A DNA stretch of 55,616 nucleotides from Gammaproteobacteria bacterium (GTDB lineage: Bacteria; Pseudomonadota; Gammaproteobacteria; UBA9214): assembly GCA_029864225.1 (NCBI GenBank), contig JAOTTU010000001.1:1-55616 (forward strand), written 5' to 3'. The notes under the pieces are model-generated. The model was not told the DNA's origin and did no database searches. It worked only from the letters and a program-made list of their open reading frames with translations. Made by a program: the position numbers and the translations under genes. Shown piece by piece: positions 22,380 to 30,445 of this stretch. How positions within the stretch are numbered: the stretch's first letter is position 1; each line of letters opens with the position of its first letter.

Positions 22380-22922
22380 TCAGACCGCGGCCTGCAAAAA
22401 TTGCGGCGCCTCAACCAGGGTGAACAGACTGATCAGCCCCCACTCGTAACCACCGGCACGATAGCTGTGGCTGACATATTCCCGGAACACCTCATCGGGA
22501 TATGCCACGTCGACACGCGCCTCTTCCGGGAAATGCTTGAGACCGAATACCTCGTCCACGACCAGGCCGGAGTAGATACCCTGGTATTCAACTACCAGCA
22601 CACGGGTTCGATAGGTGATCTCGCTGCCGCTCCCGCTCAAGTACCTGTTCAGGTCCACCACCGGCAGCAACTTGCCACGAATATTCGCGACACCGCACAC
22701 CCATGAACGGGTATTCGGAACCACCGTCATCTCCGGATAGGTAAGTATTTCAACCACCTCGCCCAACGCCGTGACCAAACGATTGCCACTCACCCGGAAT
22801 CCGACACTGGACAATGCGTCACCGGACTCGAGTTTCTGCGGGAGGCTGGCCGCGGACAGCTGGCAACGCACCCCAATCTCCTTGAGGATTGCTGCAGGAT
22901 CGATAATCGTGACGGCAGACAT
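22380..22922 (-). CDS. pilI: CheW-like protein PilI
   Basis: 180-aa ORF with a CheW domain (VCGVANIRGKLLPVVDL), positioned between pilH and pilJ. Confidence 0.88.
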   Translation of the reverse strand: MSAVTIIDPAAILKEIGVRCQLSAASLPQKLESGDALSSVGFRVSGNRLVTALGEVVEILTYPEMTVVPNTRSWVCGVANIRGKLLPVVDLNRYLSGSGSEITYRTRVLVVEYQGIYSGLVVDEVFGLKHFPEEARVDVAYPDEVFREYVSHSYRAGGYEWGLISLFTLVEAPQFLQAAV

Positions 22923-22936
22923 TGCGTGCAGCGACC

Positions 22937-23302
22937 CTAACCCGCAAGCGTTTCACTGATGGTGTTCAGCAGCGCGCCTTCATCGACAGGCTTGGTGACA
23001 TAGTCCCGCGCGCCCTGACGCATTCCCCAGGCACGGTCCACTTGCTGGTCCTTGCGGGTCACCAGGATCACCGGGATTGCAGAGGTCTCCGGATCGGAAC
23101 CCAGTTCCCGCAGCGCCTGGAATCCGTTCATCTCCGGCATCACCACATCCATCAGGATGAGATCGGGTTTGAACAGCCGCGCCACTTCGATACCCTCGTT
23201 GCCGGTTTCCGCTGTCAGCGTTTGGTAGCCGTTTTTTTCCAGCATCACCTGCAACAGGTAGGTGTCCGTGGGGGAATCATCGACGATCATTATTTGGGTC
23301 AT
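22937..23302 (-). CDS. pilH: CheY-like response regulator PilH
   Basis: ORF 22937..23482 trimmed to the ATG at 23302 (MTQIMIVDDSPTD...). This gives a 121-aa single-domain receiver; the untrimmed ORF would overlap pilG. Confidence 0.9.
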   Translation of the reverse strand: MTQIMIVDDSPTDTYLLQVMLEKNGYQTLTAETGNEGIEVARLFKPDLILMDVVMPEMNGFQALRELGSDPETSAIPVILVTRKDQQVDRAWGMRQGARDYVTKPVDEGALLNTISETLAG

Positions 23303-23372
23303 CGCGGTTCTCTCGTCACTGGTTGGGGGGCAAATCTCATGTCTTGGCAGGATTGCTGTCGCGGGCTGGCGC

Positions 23373-23816
23373 TCAGCCGGTACTGCCACCGTAGTGTTGG
23401 ATGACGGCCAGCAGTTCTTCCCGGGTGAACGGCTTGGTGATGAAGTGATCCGATCCCACAACGCGCCCGCGGGCACGATCAAACAGTCCGTCCTTGCTGG
23501 ACAACATCACCACCGGGGTATGGCGGAATACCCGGTGATGCTTGATCAGTGCACAGGTCTGGTACCCGTCCAGGCGCGGCATCATGACATCCAGGAAGAT
23601 CAAATCCGGTTCGTGGTCGGCGATCTTGCTGAGCGCCTCGAAACCGTCCACGGCCATCACCACCTCGAAGCCCTCCTTCCTGAGCAGTGTCTCGGCACTG
23701 CGACGGATGGTCTTGCTGTCATCGATGACCATGACCGTGAATGCCCGGATCGCGCCGGGGCTGGCGGACGGCGCCGGGGCCATCTCGTAATCGCTTGTCT
23801 GTACTCCGCTACGCAT
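23373..23816 (-). CDS. pilG: CheY-like response regulator PilG
   Basis: VMVIDDSKTIRRSAETLL...FLDVMMPRLDGYQTCALIKHH...MLSSKDGLFD...GSDHFITKPF closely matches the P. aeruginosa PilG sequence I recall. The start is uncertain: ATG at 23816 or 23783, and the ORF extends to 23897. Confidence 0.9.
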   Translation of the reverse strand: MRSGVQTSDYEMAPAPSASPGAIRAFTVMVIDDSKTIRRSAETLLRKEGFEVVMAVDGFEALSKIADHEPDLIFLDVMMPRLDGYQTCALIKHHRVFRHTPVVMLSSKDGLFDRARGRVVGSDHFITKPFTREELLAVIQHYGGSTG

Positions 23817-24018
23817 CAGATATCTACTTGTTTTTAATGTTAAACATTGAATTTCAACGGCTCTGCCACCGCACCCCTTGCAGCCTCCGCCCGGCATCGA
23901 TTACGCACCGCTGGCGAATTGGTTACTATTGGCCTTTAACTACAACGATTTATCGTCCATCCGCCAGCAAACTTTATTTAGCGCCCCCAGCGGGAACCAA
24001 TAGCGGGAACTACGTCAC

Positions 24019-24966
24019 ATGACGATCAAACTAGGGGTGGTGATGGATCCGATCGAGTCCATCAACTTCCATAAGGACAGCACCCTGGCCATGCTGCTGG
24101 CCGCCCGCGCGCGCGGCTGGGAGCTGTACTACATGGAGCAGGCCGACCTGTTCCTGCAGGACGATAACTGCCTGGCGCAGATGTGCGCCCTCGAGGTGCA
24201 CAACGACGCGGACCGCTGGTTTGAACGTGGCGAGGCCGGGATCCGCCCGCTGGCAACGCTGGATGTGGTGCTGATGCGCAAGGACCCGCCGGTGGAGATG
24301 GAATACCTGTACACCACCTTCCTGCTGGAACGCGCCGAGGCGGAGGGTGCGCTGGTGGTGAACCCCCCTGCCGCACTGCGCAATGCCAGCGAAAAGCTCT
24401 ACACCGCGTGGTTCCGGGAGTGCTGCCCGCCAACCCGCGTCAGCCGCAACATGGACCGGCTCAGGGAATTCCTGGGGGAGCACGGCGACATCGTGGTGAA
24501 GCCGCTGAACGGCATGGGCGGCGCCTCCGTGTTCCGGGTCCGGCGTGACGATCCCAATGTCAACGTGATTTTGGAAACCATCACCGACAACGGCAAGCGT
24601 TCGGCCATGGCACAGCGTTTTATCCCGGAAATCGTTCAGGGCGACAAGCGTATCCTGATGATCGATGGTGAACCCTTCCCGCAGGCACTGGCGCGCATCC
24701 CGGCGGCCGGCGAGACGCGCGGCAACCTGGCGGCCGGCGGCACCGGCAAGGGCGTGGAACTGAGCGACAGGGACCGCTGGATCTGCGCACAGGTCGGTCC
24801 GGCGCTGCGCGAGCAGGGCCTTCTGTTCGTCGGACTGGACGTGATCGGCGATTACCTGACCGAGATCAATGTCACCAGCCCGACCTGCATCCGGGAGCTC
24901 GACAAGCTCTACCAGGCCGATATCGCCGGCCAGCTGATGGATGCCATCCAGCAGCGTATCGTCTAA
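24019..24966 (+). CDS. gshB: Glutathione synthetase
   Basis: 315-aa ORF; MTIKLGVVMDPIESINFHKDS parallels E. coli GshB MIKLGIVMDPIANINIKKDS. Divergent from pilG, as in Pseudomonas. Confidence 0.95.
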   Translation: MTIKLGVVMDPIESINFHKDSTLAMLLAARARGWELYYMEQADLFLQDDNCLAQMCALEVHNDADRWFERGEAGIRPLATLDVVLMRKDPPVEMEYLYTTFLLERAEAEGALVVNPPAALRNASEKLYTAWFRECCPPTRVSRNMDRLREFLGEHGDIVVKPLNGMGGASVFRVRRDDPNVNVILETITDNGKRSAMAQRFIPEIVQGDKRILMIDGEPFPQALARIPAAGETRGNLAAGGTGKGVELSDRDRWICAQVGPALREQGLLFVGLDVIGDYLTEINVTSPTCIRELDKLYQADIAGQLMDAIQQRIV

Positions 24967-24970
24967 CCCC

Positions 24971-26035
24971 ATGCCACCACTTGCCCTGCTTTACCGGCAC
25001 CCGCTGTTACGCGCCCTGACCCTGACACTGACGTGCCTGCTGGCTGCCTGCAGCCGGGGAGACGACCCCGTCTACCGTGACCAGTTCTTCGCCTTCGGTA
25101 CGCTGATCGACCTCAGCTTTTATGATGTCGAGACGGCCCGTGCGGAGCAGGCCAGCCAGGCACTGGAACAGGCCTTCACGCAAATGCACACCGACTGGCA
25201 CGCCTGGCAGCCGGGGGCCTTGCAACAGGTGAATGCACGCTTGGCCGAACAAGGCCAGGCAACCGGTGATCCTGCCATCGCGGCCCTGATCCAGGAGGCC
25301 AACCGCTTGTCGCTGCTGAGCAACGGCCTGTTCAACCCGGTGATCGGCCGACTGGTGGCGCTGTGGGGTTTCCATAGCGATGAACCGCCACAGGGCCCGC
25401 CACCGGCCGGGGAGCGGATCAGGCAGCTGGTCGAACAGGCCCCCACCAGCGCCGATGTCCACGTGGACGGCCTGCAGATCAGCGGCCACAACCCGGCCGT
25501 GCGCTACGATCTCGGGGCCTTTGCCAAGGGCTATGCCATCGACCGCGGCATCCAGCAGCTGCGCGAGCTGGGCATCACAAATGCCATCATCAATGCCGGC
25601 GGCGACCTCCGCGGCATCGGCCGTCATGGTGAGCGTCCCTGGCGCATCGGCATCCGCGACCCGCGCAAACCGGGGGTCCTGGCCGCCGTTGAACTGGCTG
25701 CCGACGAGAGCGTGTTCACTTCGGGCGACTATGAGCGCTTTTATGAATATGAAGGCCAGCGCTATCACCATATTATCGACCCGCGCAGCGGCTACCCGGC
25801 CAGCGCTACCGTCTCGGCCACCGTCATTCACCCGCTGGCCGCCACCGCCGATGCCGCGGCTACGGCGCTGTTCGTCGCCGGCCCGGACGACTGGCCGGCG
25901 ATTGCCCGGCAGCTGGGGGTGGGCTATGTCATGCTGGTTGATCGTGAGGGCAGAATTCACATGAACCCGGCCATGAAGGCACGGCTGGTGTTCGAGTCCG
26001 AACCGGATACTATCGTCATGAGTGACGCATTATGA
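24971..26035 (+). CDS. apbE: FAD:protein FMN transferase (ApbE/Ftp), lipoprotein
   Basis: ORF 24941.. trimmed to the ATG at 24971, 5 nt after the gshB stop. Signal peptide with lipobox LLAAC. ApbE-like motifs present: GAFAKGYAIDR, NAGGDL, SGDYERF..HHIIDPRSG. Confidence 0.88.
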   Translation: MPPLALLYRHPLLRALTLTLTCLLAACSRGDDPVYRDQFFAFGTLIDLSFYDVETARAEQASQALEQAFTQMHTDWHAWQPGALQQVNARLAEQGQATGDPAIAALIQEANRLSLLSNGLFNPVIGRLVALWGFHSDEPPQGPPPAGERIRQLVEQAPTSADVHVDGLQISGHNPAVRYDLGAFAKGYAIDRGIQQLRELGITNAIINAGGDLRGIGRHGERPWRIGIRDPRKPGVLAAVELAADESVFTSGDYERFYEYEGQRYHHIIDPRSGYPASATVSATVIHPLAATADAAATALFVAGPDDWPAIARQLGVGYVMLVDREGRIHMNPAMKARLVFESEPDTIVMSDAL

Positions 26036-26487
26036 TGACACGCGCTGACTGGGTGCTGATGGTGATAGCGCTCTGCGCCCTGCCGCTGCTGTACCTGCAC
26101 CTCTGGACCCCGCAGGACGCCTACTGGGATGTTGGCGATACGAGGGCAGGAGCCCGAGGTAGTGCGAAGCAGGAGCCAGAGCCGAGTGCAACGCATGGAG
26201 CAGTTGCCGATTCGGCCACCGGGCTGCGCATCCAGATCGCCGCTGCAGCCGCGACCATCACACCCCTGACGCCGGACCGCCAAGTGCAGGTTACCGGGCC
26301 CATCGGTGAAAGCACAATCGAGATCCGGGCGGGACAGGCGCGCTTTCTCAGCTCACCCTGCCCGGGGCAGGTCTGCGTGCACAGCGGCTGGCTCCGGGAG
26401 GCCGGTCAACTGGCCGCCTGCCTGCCCAATCGCATCAGTATCCAGTTGCTGGGCAGCCGGCCACGCTTCGATGCGATTAATTTTTAG
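26032..26487 (+). CDS. NusG domain II-containing (DUF1312-like) membrane-anchored protein
   Basis: 151-aa ORF whose ATG overlaps the apbE stop (ATGA). It has an N-terminal TM helix and the C-terminal signature SPCPGQVCVHSGWL...ACLPNRISIQLLG typical of NusG_II proteins. Family assigned from memory of the motif, not by search. Confidence 0.7.
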   Translation: MMTRADWVLMVIALCALPLLYLHLWTPQDAYWDVGDTRAGARGSAKQEPEPSATHGAVADSATGLRIQIAAAAATITPLTPDRQVQVTGPIGESTIEIRAGQARFLSSPCPGQVCVHSGWLREAGQLAACLPNRISIQLLGSRPRFDAINF

Positions 26488-26509
26488 GGAATGCGTGGTG
26501 TGATGCCTG

Positions 26510-27022
26510 ATGCAGATACAGACAACAGCTGAAGACCAGCGCATCGCCTGGCTGGCCGCCCTCGCGATCACCATCCACATCCTGGAAAGTGCCTTCCCCT
26601 CACCCCTGCCCGGCATAAAACCGGGTCTGGCCAATGTCATCACCATCGTGGTCCTGATTCAGTTCGGCTGGCGCAGCGCCGCCTGGGTGAGTCTGTTGCG
26701 GGTGCTGTGTGGCAGCCTGCTTCTGGGGACCTTTCTCACGCCGACATTTCTGCTTAGCCTGAGCGGGGCCGTCTGCAGCATAGGCATTCTCTGGCTGGCC
26801 GGCCGTCTCCCGGGCAGGGGCTTCGGCCCGGTCGGATTCAGCCTGCTGGCCGCGCTGGCACACACGGCCGGCCAGTTCACCATCGCCTGGCTCCTGTTCA
26901 TACCGCACCCGGCCTTGTGGCGCCTGTTCCCGGTTCTGCTGACCGCCGCACTGCTGTTCGGGACAGTCAGCGGTATAATCGCGGGAGAAATCTCAAACCG
27001 GCAACGACAATGCACTACCTGA
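26510..27022 (+). CDS. Gx transporter family (heptaprenyl-diphosphate-synthase-component-I-like) membrane protein
   Basis: 170-aa polytopic ORF; AITIHILESAFPSPLPGIKPGLANVITIV... resembles the PF07456 family N-terminus (recalled, not searched). Confidence 0.65.
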   Translation: MQIQTTAEDQRIAWLAALAITIHILESAFPSPLPGIKPGLANVITIVVLIQFGWRSAAWVSLLRVLCGSLLLGTFLTPTFLLSLSGAVCSIGILWLAGRLPGRGFGPVGFSLLAALAHTAGQFTIAWLLFIPHPALWRLFPVLLTAALLFGTVSGIIAGEISNRQRQCTT

Positions 27023-27870
27023 ACTCCTCCGCGCTGGACGCCGGGCCGGTCACCACCACCGACCGGCTCGCCCTGACGCTGTTCTTTGCAGTCGTGCTGC
27101 ACGCCATGATTATCCTCGGCATCACTTTCGGCATCCCTGACGACGAACCGCCGGAAAACACGCTGCCGACACTGGACATCACTGTCGCCAATCGGCGCAC
27201 GCCCCCCCCGGAAGAGGCTGAGTACCTGGCCCAAACCAGCCAGGACGGGGGTGGCAATATCGCTGAAAAGGTGCGTCCGCAACAAGCGCTGCCGGAACTG
27301 GCGCCGGCACAAACAAAACCGCAGCAACCTGCACCCGCCCCCACCCAGGTGGTGACCGCGGAACGCTCCGAAACCCGTATCACCCAGGACAAAACGCAGG
27401 TCCCGGAAACCGATCCAGAGGACCTGTCGGCCAGCGAACTGATTGAACGCAGCCTGGAGATGGTCAACCTCAGCGAGCAGATCAGCGAATCGATGCAGGC
27501 CTATGCGCGACGTCCCCGCCAGGTCTTTGTGTCGGCGCGCACCCGCGAGTTCAAATACGCCAACTATATGACTGAATGGGTGCGCAAGGTGGAACGCGTG
27601 GGCAACCTGAACTACCCGGACGTCGCTCGCCGCGAGGGGCTGTCGGGCAAGCTGTTGCTGGATGTGGCGCTGAACCCGGACGGTACGGTACGCAATATCA
27701 GCGTGCTGCGCCCCTCCGGGCATGCCGTCATCGACGAGGCCGCCATCCGCATCGTGCATCTGGCCGCCCCCTTCCCGCCCTTCCCTGCTGACATACGCAA
27801 GGAGGCGGACGTCCTGCATGTCACCCGCACCTGGGAATTCTCCACTACCAATCGCCTGCAGAGCCGCTGA
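27010..27870 (+). CDS. tonB: TonB-family energy transducer (TonB3-like position)
   Basis: ORF 26917.. trimmed to the ATG at 27010 (MHYLNSSALD...). It has a TM anchor, a Pro/Gln-rich spacer (PQQPAPAPTQ) and a C-terminal TonB domain (YPDVARREGLSGKLLLDVALNPDGTV). Confidence 0.85.
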   Translation: MHYLNSSALDAGPVTTTDRLALTLFFAVVLHAMIILGITFGIPDDEPPENTLPTLDITVANRRTPPPEEAEYLAQTSQDGGGNIAEKVRPQQALPELAPAQTKPQQPAPAPTQVVTAERSETRITQDKTQVPETDPEDLSASELIERSLEMVNLSEQISESMQAYARRPRQVFVSARTREFKYANYMTEWVRKVERVGNLNYPDVARREGLSGKLLLDVALNPDGTVRNISVLRPSGHAVIDEAAIRIVHLAAPFPPFPADIRKEADVLHVTRTWEFSTTNRLQSR

Positions 27871-27935
27871 GCGCTGCCACGGCCCGGTGGCCACAAGACT
27901 TGCTGGCGACTGCCCCTGTGTCCGATACTAGGGTT

Positions 27936-28499
27936 ATGGACACCTTTGATTCACTCAACAATCACTTCCTCATTGCAATGCCCGCATTGTCGGACCCCAA
28001 TTTCCATCACACCGCCACCTATATCTGCGAACATAACGATGAGGGGGCCCTGGGTCTGATCATCAACCGGCCGACGGACCTGCGGCTCGGCGAGATCCTC
28101 GCGCACATGGGCATCGAAGCGACCACCGATGAAATTGCCGCACAGCCCGTCTACCTGGGCGGCCCGGTGCAGAATGATCGCGGCTTCGTGCTGCACCAGC
28201 CGGTAGGCAACTGGGAGGCGACGCTCAAGGTCACGCAGGACACCGCCATCACCTCGTCACGCGACATCCTCGATGCCATTGCCCGCGGGGAAGGTCCCGA
28301 GAAGATATTCATCACCCTGGGCTATGCCGGCTGGGGTGCTGGACAACTTGAGCATGAGCTTGCCGAAAACGCCTGGTTGAGCGGCCCCGCCGATTCCCGC
28401 ATCGTGTTCGACACACCCTACGAACAACGCTGGGAAGCCGCCGCCGGCCTCATCGGCGTCGATCTCAAGCTGCTGTCCGGCGAGGCCGGGCATGCCTGA
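27936..28499 (+). CDS. yqgE: YqgE/AlgH family protein (UPF0301)
   Basis: Trimmed to the ATG at 27936 (MDTFDSLNNHFLIAMP...DPNFHHTATYICEHNDEGALGLIINRP). Confidence 0.88.
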   Translation: MDTFDSLNNHFLIAMPALSDPNFHHTATYICEHNDEGALGLIINRPTDLRLGEILAHMGIEATTDEIAAQPVYLGGPVQNDRGFVLHQPVGNWEATLKVTQDTAITSSRDILDAIARGEGPEKIFITLGYAGWGAGQLEHELAENAWLSGPADSRIVFDTPYEQRWEAAAGLIGVDLKLLSGEAGHA

Positions 28500-28550
28500 A
28501 AGTGTTTTATTTCCAGGCCAGCCGCCGGTTAAACTGCCGGCCGGATAGTC

Positions 28551-28967
28551 TTGCGGACCCTGCTCGGATTTGACTTCGGCCTGCAGCGAATCGGCGTCGC
28601 CGTTGGCCAGGAAATCACCGGGACCGCCACGGCGCTCAGGACGGTTACAGCAGTCGACGGCAAACCTGACTGGAAAACACTCTCCGAGCTGGTACAGACA
28701 TGGCAACCCGATGCCCTGGTCGTCGGCCTGCCGCTGCACGCCGACGCCAGCGTAGCGGGCATCACACAGGCGGTGAAACGCTTTATACGGCAGCTCGAGG
28801 GGCGCTTCCATCTGCCGGTATACTGCATGGATGAAAGACTGAGTTCACAGGCGGCAAAGGATTTGCGCGGCCACCACCAGCAGGAGCTGGCCGGCAAGGG
28901 CCTCGATGCTGTCGCTGCGCGGATTATCCTGCAGGACTGGCTGGAAACACACAACGGGAACGCATGA
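28551..28967 (+). CDS. ruvX: Holliday-junction-resolvase-like nuclease RuvX (YqgF)
   Basis: 138-aa ORF with a TTG start (in-frame stop at 28530, no ATG available); LLGFDFGLQRIGVAVG motif. Confidence 0.88.
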   Translation: MRTLLGFDFGLQRIGVAVGQEITGTATALRTVTAVDGKPDWKTLSELVQTWQPDALVVGLPLHADASVAGITQAVKRFIRQLEGRFHLPVYCMDERLSSQAAKDLRGHHQQELAGKGLDAVAARIILQDWLETHNGNA

Positions 28968-29470
28968 ACGAAATCGACAACATTCCCGGAATGCTCGACA
29001 ACATGGCGCATGAACTGGCGGAGCTGCTGAAAAAGGGCAACCGTGACAACCCGGCCATGGTCGGCATCCACACCGGCGGCGTGTGGGTCGCGGAGCAGCT
29101 GCACCGGAAACTCGGGTTAAGTGACCCCCTCGGCAGCCTGGATATCTCGTTCTACCGCGACGACTTCACCCGAATTGGCATGAATCCGGTAGTACGGCCT
29201 TCGCAGCTACCGTTCGGCATCGACGACCGCCACATCATCCTGGTTGACGACGTCCTGCATACCGGCCGCACCATTCGCGCGGCCATGAATGAACTGTTCG
29301 ATTACGGTCGCCCGGCATCCATCCTGCTGGCCACACTGGTGGAACGTGACGGCCGGGAACTGCCGGTTCAGGCCAACGTGGTCGGCAGCCACATCCGGCT
29401 GAGCGCCACGCAACACATCAAGCTGCTGGGTCCCGACCCCCTAAGGCTGGAAATCAAGCAGGAATCATGA
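28964..29470 (+). CDS. pyrR: PyrR pyrimidine regulatory protein / uracil phosphoribosyltransferase
   Basis: 168-aa ORF with the PRTase motif [16 protein letters not shown]. Overlaps the ruvX stop by 4 nt. Confidence 0.9.
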   Translation: MNEIDNIPGMLDNMAHELAELLKKGNRDNPAMVGIHTGGVWVAEQLHRKLGLSDPLGSLDISFYRDDFTRIGMNPVVRPSQLPFGIDDRHIILVDDVLHTGRTIRAAMNELFDYGRPASILLATLVERDGRELPVQANVVGSHIRLSATQHIKLLGPDPLRLEIKQES

Positions 29471-30441
29471 GCACTGCCAGCCTGCAACTCGACGCGCACG
29501 GACGACTGAAGCATTTCCTGTCCATCGAGGGACTCAATAACCAACTGCTTATCGATATCCTCGACACGGCGGAGTCATTTGCCGGGGTCACCGAACAAAC
29601 CGTCAAGAAGGTGCCGCTGTTGCGTGGCAAGACCATCGTCAACCTGTTCTTCGAGGCCAGCACGCGCACCAGGACGACTTTCGAACTGGCCGCCAAGCGG
29701 CTGTCGGCCGATGTGCTGAACATCAATATCACCCAGTCCAGCGCCGTCAAGGGCGAGACCCTGCTGGACACGCTGCGCAACCTGGAGGCCATGCATGTCG
29801 ACATGTTCGTGGTTCGCCATACCGACAGCGGTGCGGCCCACTTTATTGCCAACCACGCCGCGCCCCACGTCAGTGTCATCAATGCGGGTGACGGCCGGCA
29901 TGCACACCCGACCCAGGCTCTGCTGGACATATTCACCATCCGCCGCGTCAAGGGACCGGACTTCGGCCGACTGCGTGTAGCCATTGTCGGGGATATCCTG
30001 CATTCGCGCGTGGCGCGCTCGCAGATTCATGCCCTGAACCTGCTCAATACCGGGGATATCCGGATTGTCGCACCCAAAACGCTGGTGCCCGCCTACGCGG
30101 AATCACTGGGAGTACATGTCTATCATGACCTGGAAGCCGGCATCGAGGCCGCGGATGTAATTATCATGCTGCGCCTGCAGCGCGAACGCATGCAGGGTGC
30201 GTTGCTGCCCAGCGAGCATGAATACTACGAACTGTTCGGAGTGACTGAAGAGAAACTCGCCGTTGCCAGCCCCGATGTCACCATTATGCATCCGGGACCC
30301 ATCAACCGCGGGGTGGAAATGGACTCCGAGGTCGCCGACGGGTCACACTCGGTCATCCTGGAACAGGTGACCCACGGCATTGCCGTGCGCATGGCGGTTA
30401 TGTCCATGGCCATGCACCACCAGAAAAAAGTCACACAATAG
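29467..30441 (+). CDS. pyrB: Aspartate carbamoyltransferase catalytic subunit
   Basis: 324-aa ORF; [21 protein letters not shown] and HPGPINRG motifs. Confidence 0.95.
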   Translation: MSTASLQLDAHGRLKHFLSIEGLNNQLLIDILDTAESFAGVTEQTVKKVPLLRGKTIVNLFFEASTRTRTTFELAAKRLSADVLNINITQSSAVKGETLLDTLRNLEAMHVDMFVVRHTDSGAAHFIANHAAPHVSVINAGDGRHAHPTQALLDIFTIRRVKGPDFGRLRVAIVGDILHSRVARSQIHALNLLNTGDIRIVAPKTLVPAYAESLGVHVYHDLEAGIEAADVIIMLRLQRERMQGALLPSEHEYYELFGVTEEKLAVASPDVTIMHPGPINRGVEMDSEVADGSHSVILEQVTHGIAVRMAVMSMAMHHQKKVTQ

Positions 30442-30445
30442 ACTC

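Noticed and set aside
22937-23482. Long N-terminal extensions in ORF-track models (pilH 181 aa; also chpA, pilJ, tonB, yqgE, pyrC', proC, ampG, xthA, pyrE, coaBC, susy, frk, argB, DUF4124)
   Set aside because: The extensions overlap upstream genes or lack homology to the family N-termini. Internal ATGs coincide with the conserved N-terminal sequence and/or an RBS, or with ATGA coupling to the upstream stop.
24031-24972. 313-aa minus-strand ORF opposite gshB
   Set aside because: Antisense to a clear glutathione synthetase, with low-complexity composition.
26209-26220. D-S-A-T in the NusG_II protein as an ApbE flavinylation site
   Set aside because: The known motif is [ST]-G-A-[ST], usually preceded by D-x-x. 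Here the Gly is missing and the segment lies in a low-complexity linker. It is too weak to claim.
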